A stretch of 64,000 bases of DNA, from contig OZ260663.1 of NCBI GenBank assembly GCA_965285935.1, positions 90,148,001-90,212,000 of the forward strand. The letters are read 5' to 3'. The position numbers and the translations under genes are program-made. Under the pieces are notes generated by a model, which saw only the letters and a program-made list of their open reading frames with translations, did not search any database and was not told the DNA's origin. Source of the stretch: Ophelia neglecta (taxonomy: Eukaryota). This document shows, in pieces, positions 13,026 through 24,708 of this stretch (positions are counted from its first letter, which is position 1; each line of letters opens with the position of its first letter).

Positions 13026-15260
13026 TAACTGAAAATAAATTTCACTTTTGGTGATACAGGTCATGTGACTATAATGAACAGATATTATGTTTTCTGGAAT
13101 TATGTAATTTCAGATTTTCCACTGCCGCGACTCGCACCGCTCAAATGTGTGGCCGCTGTTGGTTGCAGGTAACCTTTCTAACTGCTCTGATATCGCCGAG
13201 GTCAAGCCAAGAAGTATTGTACTAGAAGATGGAAAAGAACTTAAAGTCAATGCACTCATTTTGTGCACTGGCTACCTCTTTTCTTTTCCATTTTTGACGC
13301 CAAATTGCCACCCAAAGATTAAGGACAACCGCGTCAGTCCCCTATATAAACATGTTATACACGCTGAGCATCCCACGATGGCATTTCTTGGTGTATCCTC
13401 ATTTCTAAAAGTGGTAGATTTAGAAGCACGCTTCTTCCTAGCCTCTTTAACATCGAAAATGATGCTTCCCTCCAGGGAGGAAATGGAATGAGATGTAGAA
13501 GAGGATTATAAACGTTCCATTGGCCAGGGGGTAGCAACAAGGAACTACCACTCCTTATTTCCACCACGTTTGGGGTTGTATATACATGATTTGGCAAAAA
13601 CCGCGAACATCGCCCCCATGCCACCGTATTATGAAAATATATTCATCCACCTTTTTAAAGCGTATCGCACTGATTATGCCAATGTTAAAAACACCCATTT
13701 TACGAAGATTGACGACGATAACTTCATAACGGAACCTGAGATGAATAGAAGCCAAAATCTCGTCTAATTAGGTTATCAACATCATTTGTGATGACACAAA
13801 GTTAAACTGGTAGTTACACTATTTTGATTCCTTTAACAAATTCCCTCAGTATGATACCAAGCTTTATACCATCATAGCCGTGATTGGCCGTTTGCCTCCT
13901 GTACTGTTATCATCAATCCTTATATACTCTGGCCACGAATCTATTCGGATTATATTTACGGTAAATGAAAGCAGCAAAATACAATATGCAGAGTATTAAA
14001 CAATAATAAACCCAAATTTTCGTCAAGAGAGTATGTTATTATTTGGAATGAAGAAACAACCAAGGCTTTTCTTTAATGTTTCAGTGAATTATATCAATCG
14101 ACTATCGAATTGTGTATGTGTACTGAATTATCCATATATCTGAACATTATATGTGCATTTTGTTCAATCATATCTTGAATATTGCCACAAATAGTAGTGT
14201 AATAAAAGTAAACAATAGTAATCACGAAGCTCAGACTAAGAGAACGTGTTATCTTATTATACTCACCATCTTATTTCTCTAATGGAAAACCTTTTATAGA
14301 TATACTACTATAGCTCTATCCCCAAATCTACAAGAATTACTGAAATATGTAACAAGTTCATACAGAGTTGTTTGCATAGTATTTCGATAAACGGTTTACT
14401 AAACAATGGGTTATTGAATAAAAGTTCGCTTGAGTAATATGTTTTCCGATTATGTACTTGCTGACTATCCTAACCGACCGAGTCACCATAGAAACATGGT
14501 TGGAGTTGTACTATTTAACGCTATAAGGGAATATTTATCTTCAGGTATTTCTTTTAAAAAGATGCCGTTAAATGGTAGCTAATGATCATTGCAATTCTAT
14601 TTCCTATGTGTTTTGTCAAAGAATTTTTTCTTCCTATGTTTATTGGGCATGGGCCTAAATAAACCCCCTGAAGACGCCTCACACGACAATGAAAAATGAT
14701 GAATATCTATAGTAATTATTATGGACCTAAAATTGTGTGTTCACTTCTCATACACATCTGAGCATGGAAAGTGACCCCCGCCCAACACGATCCACGAGTA
14801 TATACATCATGCTGCTGTCATCACGACGGTTGCCATGGAAACCACACTTCAGCCTGGACTGGTTACTGGTTGTTAGTGTTGTCATTGGCAGGCGTGAAAA
14901 AGCTCAGTGAATACCCGAATGTATAAGAAAGTAGTTGAAGGTGAACTTGATATCATCCCCCAATAGTTACGATAATCATTGTGTACTAGCTACATAGTTA
15001 CCATGCGATTTTCCTTAAATTCGGAGGACTGTTCCTTGAAATATGACTAGCACTACCAATGACCATCCCCCTCCCCTTTCCCATCACTGCCTGCCACACT
15101 TTTAGTCAACTTTACATCAATTTAAGGGCCTTTGGCCATTGTTTTACCCAGAGACTTATCATAAGGACCCGGAAGCACATTTGCACCAAAATAACTAAGT
15201 AACAGGGATAAGATCCAAAATTTATGTGAAACCGGCCTAAATAACCTAATTCTGTCTATA

Positions 15261-15762
15261 GGTTGCAGGGAACTAAATAAATCTCCTATCTCTTACATGT
15301 TAAATCGAGGCTTTTTGACGTCATTTTTTTTTGTATTTTTACAACAATAATCTGCATATACTGACTAGTTCTGCCTATGCAATTGGGGAAAAATTATAGA
15401 AAATCAGCCTAGAAAATGTACATGAAATTTCACCAAGGCCCCTGAAGAAAAAGTGGCCATTTTTTATTTCTTTTTATCACGTGTGGCAGCAATACCGCAT
15501 AAATGAACCCATGAATATCCACATGTGTCTTTTGCAGTCCCACAATACCAAAATAAACCATTCCGGGTCAAAAATTGTTTACTATTCATATACATACTAT
15601 CTTAATTTTACTATTTACACATGAACCAGGCAATGCGGATATGTTTTCTGCCTCTTTTTTTACAGGCCAGGTTGGCCAACATGATTATTGCTCTGAGAGC
15701 TCTGGAACACCTACCAGGGGGCACCACTGCATGGAATAATTTCTATTTAGTTCACTGCAACC
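15261..15762. mobile_element. MITE with ~19-bp TIRs and a TATA target-site duplication
   Basis: TATA|GGTTGCAGGGAACTAAATA ... TATTTAGTTCACTGCAACC|TATA. The paralogous copy (~31543-32040) has lost the outer end of its left TIR through a deletion with GCA microhomology. Confidence 0.75.
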
Positions 15763-16396
15763 TATAGTCTGTTAGCACCAATTTGACGTGACTGTAAAAA
15801 AAATAGCTAACGACAAACCCATATTTAAAAGGCAAATCTTTATTTGAAAATAGCTTTTCTAAATACACAGCTTATTTGGCTTTTAAATAATGTTTTGACA
15901 TTTCAATTAGCAAACAAAACGAAATAGGTGTACATGTATTTGGCTTAGGGCAGGATATGATAAAACCAGCGGTTCCAATTGCAATATACAAATCCTTGGA
16001 TTAATATCATTTATATCGGCCCCTTTTTATTTTCATTTCTGTCCAAGGTATCTTGGTAAGGGACTTTTTAAACGAACCAAGTAAACAATTGGTAGGATCG
16101 TTTTCCTTTTTTCCTGGTGCTCAACATGTTTCAAATATGCCCATGAATTTAATAATGTTTTAATGTTTATCCTCGTTTACTATGTAATATTCGATCACAA
16201 TTTGACTTCCATATGATATATTTTGTTTGCGAAACATCAATCGCTACCATCAATCGCTAGATAGTACTAGACATTGGCCTGGTAATTTCAGTCCAAAGGG
16301 CATGCGACCAGCGCGCCCACTAGGTCCATTAAGGTAATTTCATGTATAGCGAGCTAGACGAGTAATCCTTCACAGAAGAATACGTATTTTTCAAAT

Positions 16397-19300
16397 ATGG
16401 TTAAACGAGTTTGTGTGATAGGAGCTGGACCAGCTGGACTAGCATCTCTACGATATCTCACGGAGAGTCCCGGTGAATTTGATGTCGTTGCCTTTGAACA
16501 GACGACTGAGGTTGGAGGCATCTGGGCTTATAAGGAAAACGACGGGACCGATGAACATGGACGGCCTGTGCACTCAGCTATGTACCCAGACCTCATGTAA
16601 GTGAATGTATCGTCTTTTGCATAGGATTGCCATTCTTAGCAATATCTGGTTGCAAGTGGTTGAAAAAGATTAGCGGACAATTTTCTTTTCGAGCATTCTA
16701 GGGTGACACACTTTCACTCCTATTACTTTCATTATGTGTGTGCATTGTCTTAACACCGGAGAGAATAAATAAAGATGTCTATTCATAAAAGAAACATTGC
16801 CCTGTAAGTTTAAGTTTGTAACGTTAATTGCTAGAACCAACTTTCTGACCCCTCTGATGGAGTTTCCCGGCTTCCCTTACCCACCCCATCTACCATCGTT
16901 TGTACATAATTCACTCCCATTACTTTCATTATGTGTGTGCATTGTCTTAACACCAGAGAGAATAAATAAATGATGTCTATTCATAAAAGAAACATTGCCT
17001 TGTAATTTTAAGTATGTAACGTTAATTGCTAGAACCAACTTTCCGACCCCTCTGATGGAGTTTCCCGGCTTCCCCTACCCAGACCATCTACCATCGTTTG
17101 TACATAACACACATGTCAGAAAATACTTTGAAGACTTCTGCCAAACACTGTCTTTGAAGAAATATATACAGGTAATTATCCATTCGGATAGGTTCAAACG
17201 ACGCACAATGTCTATATAGTTCCGAACTTTCATCCCACTCTACCTCAAAACACTATTTATATAAGATTATAGAGACAAACAGATCAGTGACCTTTCCTTT
17301 AAATTACTAGACTTTTCATCGTAACATCATTGGCTCAGTATATTTTGTGTTCCCAATTTACACACTTGATCCATCTTGTAATAAGCCCATTACAGCTTGT
17401 ACTTTAGACTTCTCTTTATTAATCGTCTTCAAAATCGATCAATTATATCGTCAACAGTTCGAATCCAAAGTGGTTGAGGTAAAGCCTGTTGAGGAGGGTA
17501 CGCATGACAGCCGTAAGTGGAAGGTCAAGGTTGAGTCCATGGCTCATGATAATGACACAGCCGTTGAACCGACTACATATTACTTCGACGCCGTAATGGT
17601 GTGCACAGGGTAAGCAAATAGTGCAACCTATACATGTATTGATAACCATATACACAAGGCGTCCCAAAAAAAACGCACTTCGGGAAATAGCCATGTAAGA
17701 TAATTCATATATACTAGATGATTTAATGACGGGAAAATGGCATGTTCTTCGATAGTATCATCCAATTCCATAATAGTATGAATTTAAAACATTATTTGAC
17801 TGACACTTTAAGATTTGTTTGTACGATGTGCACTACAAAAACATTTTAACTACATTCCCAGACCATAAGAATATGGGCATTATTTACCTATTTGGAAATA
17901 AAAAGTGTTTTGATAAATCAAAGAACCCCAGCAAAAATCGAAATGACAACTTTGAAAACGGAAACCACAGAACACATTATAATCAGATTGATTAGCAAGC
18001 AGTATGTTTTGGGCGGAACCACGATACCCCGCTTGTTGAGTATATCCTTTTCAAATCAATGTGGATCCCTTGTGAAAAAAATCCTGGCATGCCTTTTCAG
18101 TTCGGGGAGGATACAAATTATGTTCATTAATGATAACTCTAGCAACTAAATACCAAATAAATGGGATAATCCCACATTAATGAAGGCCACGGTCAGCTTT
18201 AAGGCAAAGCATTTCACTCGTATGTACTAGATGTGCTGTAGGTGAAATGTAAGTGTTATATGTCTTTGATATAAGCCAAGTGATTCTTTATTACTGAACA
18301 CTATTTGCCACATTTATAAATGAAGAATTCAGTACTGCAATCTGCATTTGTACGGAACAATTAACTAGTATTTAAATAACGGCTAGTCTCAAATTTTATG
18401 ATTGTTCAATGCATCCATTGCGCATGTTAGTTTGTTCCCGTTCAAAAACTGTGCAAAAATTAAATTTCAAATTAAATAATTACATTGCCTTTATAAAACA
18501 TGAGTGAACCTCTGACCACAAACAGAAGGGAAGGGGACTTAATTACATACTGAAAAATCAGAAGTGAATACCCTGCAGAAAAAGCAGAATCAGGAATCAA
18601 GAATAGTCCTTTAAGCCGGTTCGAGATCACAAGCGAGCCTGAGATGCAGGTCCACAACATAAATGATAGATATCTTACTGTAGATAAGAAAGTAACGAAG
18701 AAATCCACAGAAATACTTGATATCACTTAAAATGAGAAATGAATATGGCAAAATTAATTTCCATTACGCCCGAGTCCACTTCTCATGTATGACAATTCAG
18801 ATTTTTCGTTTCCCCTTCAATGAATTCCACGAATATCTTGTAAATGCCGATTTTTTATAGAGATAAATGTAATTCCTAGTTTTGTCACGTTACAAAACAA
18901 AACATTTTGAGGACCCCGTAATAAAAACATGTAAAGGGTGTTTTGATTGTTGCATTACATATTTCTTTGCTCTCCAGTATAAGTTGGTCAAGGACAGCGT
19001 ATCATGGTAAAGGAATATATCTATTTGAAATTAACTGAAATTTCAGCAAATATTCTACTCCGAGATGGCCGACACTGCAAGGACTGGAATCATTTGCTGG
19101 GGATGTGAGGCACAGCCGGACCTACCGTCACCCAGAGGAATACGCCGGAAAACGTCTGGCTGTCATAGGAGCTGGACCCTCGGCAATGGACATTGTTCTG
19201 ACCTTGACATCCCATGCAGAACATGTAAGTAGCTACTCAAACTTGTGTGAGAGACAAGTACAGAACAGAACACATCCATAATCAGGTCAGATACATAGAG

Positions 19301-20506
19301 AATCATACAGGGGGACTATCACACATATTAGCAGCTTTAAATATAATATACTCTTTCACAAATTACCACACCTGTGAGCAATGACTAGATTTCACAAATG
19401 ACTCACTCTTGTAAAATTATTGATATAGGTGGGTTTTTTTAATAAGCAAAGTTCAGGGTAAGAGGACCTAAAGCAAAGAAAACTACCCTCCTCTGAACAA
19501 TACGAACATTTCCATTTTAAAATAAGATGCATCTAAATACATCTTATGGTTTTCAAAAAACATACACCTTATTAAATTGTTTCAAGAATGCTACAGACTT
19601 TCTTTTATGTTTTAAAGTAAAACATAAACCAGGATGACTTAATAAGACTTAGTTGAAAAAACGGGAATGGATACATGAAGAAAAAGACAAATATTTAATC
19701 CAGAAAATTCCATTAATGGGTCCGAAAACATCAGGAAACAGCAGCCATAGACCCGTCCACATGAATACATCTTTCTCCAGCTTTCAAGCAGTAGGTAATC
19801 CTGTAATGAAAATAAATGTAAAATAAAAAATTCTTTATATTAAAATTTCAGATTTTCCACTGCCGCGACTCGCATCGCGCCAAGTTGTGGCCGCTGTTGG
19901 TTGCAGATAACCTTTCTAACTGCTCTGGTATCGCCGAGGTCAAGCCAAGAAGTATTGTACTAGAAGATGGAAAGGAAGTTGAAGTCGATGCACTCATTTT
20001 GTGCACTGGCTACCTCTTTTCTTTTCCGTTTTTGACACCAGATTGCCACCCAAAGATTGAGGACAACCGCGTCAGTCCCCTTTTTAAAAATGTTATACAC
20101 GCTGAGCATCCCACGTTGGCATTCCTTAGTGTATCCTCATTTCTAACGGTGATAGATTTAGAAGCACGCTTCTTCCTAGCCTCTCTAACAGGGAAAATGA
20201 TGCTTCCTTCTAGGAAGGAAATGGAACGAGATGTAGAAGAGGATTACAAACGTTCCCTTAGCCAGGGCGTAGCAACAAGGAACTACCACTTGTTATTTCC
20301 ACCACGTTTGGGGTTGTATATGCATGATTTGGCAAAAACCGCGAAAATCGCCCCCGTGCCATCGTATTATGAAAAAAATATTCGTCCATTATGTTGAAGC
20401 GTATCGCAATGATTTTGCCATGGCTAAAAACACCCATTATACAAAGATTGACGACGATAACTTCATAACGGAACCTGAGATGAATAGAAGCCAACCTCTC
20501 GTCTAA
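16397..20506 (+). pseudogene. Flavin-containing monooxygenase copy B1 with a +1 frameshift near the 3' end
   Basis: Exons 16397-16596, 17033-17171, 17458-17609, 19047-19224, 19852-20506, with the same motifs as A1. The A-run at 20372-20378 has 7 A against 6 A in B2, which shifts the frame to TGA at 20395-20397; this could be a homopolymer sequencing error. Intron 1 also holds a duplicated partial exon 2. Confidence 0.75.
16713..17107 (+). repeat. ~198-bp direct tandem duplication spanning the intron 1/exon 2 junction of FMO B1
   Basis: Two copies of TCACTCC(T/C)ATTACTTTCATTATG...GCTAG|AACCAACTTT...GTACATAA, with acceptors at 16833-16834 and 17031-17032. Single copy in B2. Confidence 0.9.
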
Positions 20507-21034
20507 ATAGGTTATCAACATCATTTGTGATGACACAAAGTGAAACTGATAGTTAAACTATTTTGATGCCTTCAACTAATTCCCTCAGTATGATACAAAG
20601 CTTTATATCATCATAGCCGTGATTGGCCGTGTGCCCCCTGTAGTGTAATCATCAATCCTGGTTTATTCTGTCTACGAATCCACAAAGTGTGTTTATCAAT
20701 CATAAACCCAAATTTTCGCCAAGAGAATATGTTCTTATTTATAATGACCAACAACCTAAGTTCTTTGCTTTGATGTTTCAGTGAATTAAAATAATCGAAT
20801 ATCGAATTATGTATGTGTACTGCATTATACATATATCTGAACGTTATAGGTCCATTTTGCTCAATGTTATATCTCTAATATTGCCCCACATAGGAGTGTC
20901 ATAAAAGTAGATAAAAATAATCACAGAATTCAGAATGACGTGTAATCTCATCATACTCACCATCTAATGGAAAAACTGAAATATGTAACAAGTTCCTTAT
21001 ATAATAAATTAATATTTGGACTACTGGTTATTTT

Positions 21035-21810
21035 TACTATTATTATTATCTTATTGATTTTTACCGCAGTATTCACCGCTCCGGGGGCCTTACAAATATA
21101 TAATTAAAATACACATGCAGTTATATGATGAAAATGAATTAAAAACATGCACAGACATTATGACAGAATCAAGATTAAATAACAACAGGTATATGAGTAG
21201 ATAAAATGGGAAGATGGTAAGCCATGGTATTTATGAGAAATTATGGCACTTGACTTATGTATAATGTGAAATAAATATATGCGTTTTAAGAATTTTTTTT
21301 AAAGTACCTAAGCAGTTAGCTCGCTTTATGCTCTCTGGCAGATTGTTTCACAATTTTGGTACCACCCTTTGGAGGTTCCTCCGGCCGTATGTCTCTGTGC
21401 TCATGCGATGACAAGCAGATACCTGTTCTCTGACCTTAACGAGCGAGGGGCGGAGTACACCTGCAGGAGTTCAGCGATGTATGTCGTTGCTCACCCATTC
21501 AGCGCTTTAAAAGTTATCACACGGATTTTAAACTGCACACGCTGTTTCACAGGCAGCCAGTGCAACTACTTTAACACTGGAGTAACACGGTTTCGACGGG
21601 GAATGAGTTTGATGACGCGCGTCGCAAAGTTCTGTACCTTGTGCATGCGCTGCAGCAGAGACTGATTGACACCTTTCAACAAGACGTTGGCATAGTCCAA
21701 CCTGGCGACAACCAAGGCTTGCACAAGTGTCTTGCAAGAGTCCTCCGTCAAATATCGTCTATTCGACTTGTTATCCTCAGCTGATAGTTGCAGGATTTGA
21801 CAACTGTCTG
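21035..21810 (-). mobile_element. 5'-truncated L2-clade LINE fragment in the spacer between the duplication copies
   Basis: Minus-strand peptide CKTLVQALVVARLDYANVLLKG...KVQNFATRVI...VTPVLK*LHWLPVKQRVQFKI is typical of the L2/CR1 ORF2 post-RT region. The 3' end carries a (TAA)n tail near 21035-21050. Confidence 0.82.
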
Positions 21811-24708
21811 ATTAGTTAAATTTTAAAGTTATTGTGATTTTATGTACAGTAAACCGTTAAGGTGTTTGCAGACCCCTTAACGCGAGACAAATCTAGCATC
21901 TGTTTGCTACCAGAGGTATTTGTCTTATATGCTAGCAGCCAACATGATGATTTAAAGTAGCTTCCATTATTCTGTAGAACACCAATTTATATTAGTTCAG
22001 TTTAATGAAGGACTTGATAAAAAAGGTCTAATTAATGGTTACTGTTTTAGTCAACATAGCTATTGACCTAAAGTTGTACCTATTATCTACTTTGTGAATT
22101 GCTGAGTAGTCGATTACGCATGCACTATAGTCAACCCTTTGCCATCACTGGTGCACGCTTTTCCTAATACAGGCATTCGACATGAACATATTAACTTTTT
22201 CCATATAATCAGTTCTTCCTGTCTTTATATCGGATATCCATTTTAGCCTGGGACCCAAAAGACTTCAAAAAATAGAATTAGACGATGACTCACAATGATC
22301 ATAGTGTAAAATGTCATGGTACAAGCAAACGCCATCATTTGATTTTTTTTTTCTTCAGGCGAAATGCGAACTTTAAAATTTAACTAATCATAAGCGCTGG
22401 CTGCCAACAAGCACTCATCCACAAACAGTTTTTCAGACGCAAAGCTTGATTTTTCCATACATTAACGGATGATAAGGCGTCAGTGTTAGATATGTAGGTA
22501 GATACTACAGCGCCTACAGCGCTTCACGGTAAACAACCCTGTGTACGAAGAAAAAGTCTGCGGTTTATGAAATGTTAGCAGAAGCCTTACTCAAGCTGGA
22601 AGTACGGTAGACCTATATGCACTGTGTCTCGGCCCTGATCAAGCGCGCACAAAAGATGCAAATCAAGCATGTCACCTGAGATCCCGGACCTGTCTGATAG
22701 CATATATTTGTGACGCAACTGTTTTCAGAGCGCGAGAATTTGAATGTAGGGCAAATATCCTCGAATGTTCGGCCATTTATATAATAGTAATTCGGGTCAC
22801 ATTCCTTCTTTATTCAGTTTGGCCAATAGGCTAGAAATAAATGGACGGTCAACTACATTTCCCATTTTGGACATACGAATAGACTTAATATTTCAAATAT
22901 AACATTCTACACAATGTTTAAGCCTGGTATAAACAGGAAACTTCGAGATAACGCTCTCGTAAAAACCACGACAGTTGTTGAATTGAAGCAAAAATATTGT
23001 TGGGTACGGGGAGCGCCATTTATCGGAACTGAATTTTCAAATAATAGGATTTACAATTCGTCCTTTATAATAAAAGACTGGTCTTATTGTGGGGCAGATT
23101 GGTGAAAAATCCATGATTTTGAAAAAAAGCTTGACATTTCTAAGCATTAAACATATTCCAATTTGGATTATTTTGGAGGCGGAGTTTTTCCAATTTTTCC
23201 TTGTTTGACACGGTCTCATGTAACTCGCATCCTACTTTTGACATTTTATCACAATTATAATATGTCACTGGTTGTGATTGAAACGGACACAAATTCCGAA
23301 TTGTTCGGCATCTTTCGAGTCTTTCAGAATATGGTCTGTTTAATTCTGCAAAGCATTTAAGCAAATGGTCAATTAAGAAAATGCCAAGGACTTTACAACG
23401 TGGTGCCATTGGGAAGCCCATTTATTCCGGTATCCATGGACAGCTAGATAAAGCAGGAAATAGGTTACAAAATATGTCTACTAGCGCTGTTATTTGTCTA
23501 GCCAGTTAGCAGAAAAATACAGTTATTTTACAGATATCACATTATTTTGCAACTCATGCTAAATGGCATACGTGAAATTATCTCAAAAAAGATTTCCAAG
23601 CAGAAATATCCGGGTGCCATATCGACTGCCATTAAAGGTGTATAGGCACTTTTCCGCTTCCAAAATTGACCACCTGGATAAAAATTAGATATACCACTCT
23701 CGTAATATCTTCCTGAGCCATGAAAACATGCTACCTGTATATTTGGTTTAGGAAAAGTGCTGATGGAACCAGGAATTTCCAATGACTTATTTCTAATTTA
23801 TGTCTGTGTTTTTGGCAACTTCATACAGGCTTTTTTGCATAGTATTTCGATAAACGGTTTTCTAAACAATATGTGATTGAATATATGTTAGATTGAGTCG
23901 TGTGCTATCCAATAATGTGCTTGCTGACTAACCAACCCAATCCAGTCACCATAGAAACATGGTTAAAGTTGTACTTCTTTGAATCAATGTGGTAATTTTC
24001 CCCGCTTACGCTGGTGATATTTAATATTATATAGTCTGTCAGCAGCAATTTATACCAAAGGTGTGTACTTTCCCTGAATTCAAATAATTCGGAAAACATA
24101 TTGGAGATGTGACTGTGAAACTTGCTAACGACCAAACCACATTCAAAAGGCAGATCTTTATTTGAAAATAGGTTTATAAATAGACAGTTTGTATGGCTTA
24201 ATAAATAATGTTTTGACATTTTATCAAGCAAACAAAACGAAATAAGTTTAGGGCAAGATATGATAGAATCCGCGGTTGCAATAGCAAAATACACATCTTT
24301 GGATTAATATCATTTTTTTCGGCCCCTATTATTTTCATTTCTGTGCGAGTTATCTTGGTAAGGGACATTTTAATCAAACCAAGCCAAGAAATTATATAGA
24401 TATGCTACACAACCGACTAAAGCAATCCGGTAACCATGGAAACATGTTTGTAACATGTTTTAAATATGCCCATTCAGTTAATGATTTGTTGATGTTAATC
24501 CTCGTTTAGTATGAAATACTTGATCACAATTTGCCTTTCATAGCAGTATATTTTGTATGCGAACCGCTAGATAGTAAAAGGCCTAGGCCGGACTTTTTTA
24601 GTCCAAAGTGCATGCGACCAGCGCGCCGACTTGGTCAATTTAGGTTATGTAATGTATGCGAACTAGACGACGACTAATCCTGCACAGAAGACTACGTATT
24701 TTTCAAAT

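Larger units (their letters stand above)
8419..13767 (+). pseudogene. Flavin-containing monooxygenase copy A1 (class B FMO) with a premature stop
   Basis: Exons 8419-8618, 8857-8995, 9281-9432, 11327-11504, 13114-13767. FAD motif VIGAGPAG, FMO signature FAGDVRHSRTYR, NADPH motif IGAGPSA, and LILCTGY. An in-frame TGA at 13489-13491 replaces CGA (Arg) of copy A2 and removes ~92 C-terminal codons. Confidence 0.88.
6475..20845 (+). repeat. Segmental tandem duplication, copy 1 (contains FMO A1 and B1)
   Basis: Homology begins at ATATAATAGTAATTCGGGTCA (6475 vs 22779, offset ~16.3 kb) and stays colinear through both genes, their introns and the intergenic DNA. Confidence 0.92.

Noticed and set aside
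13489-13491. In-frame TGA in FMO A1 as selenocysteine or programmed read-through
   Set aside because: The paralogues have Arg (CGA/CGG), not Cys, at this position. A CpG transition explains it, and the 3' UTR is the same as in A2, which has no TGA.
14700-15000. GC-richer block upstream of FMO B (also ~30930-31370) as a coding exon
   Set aside because: It has stops and frameshifts between the two copies and no protein family I can recognise. It is probably a decayed transposon, but I cannot classify it.
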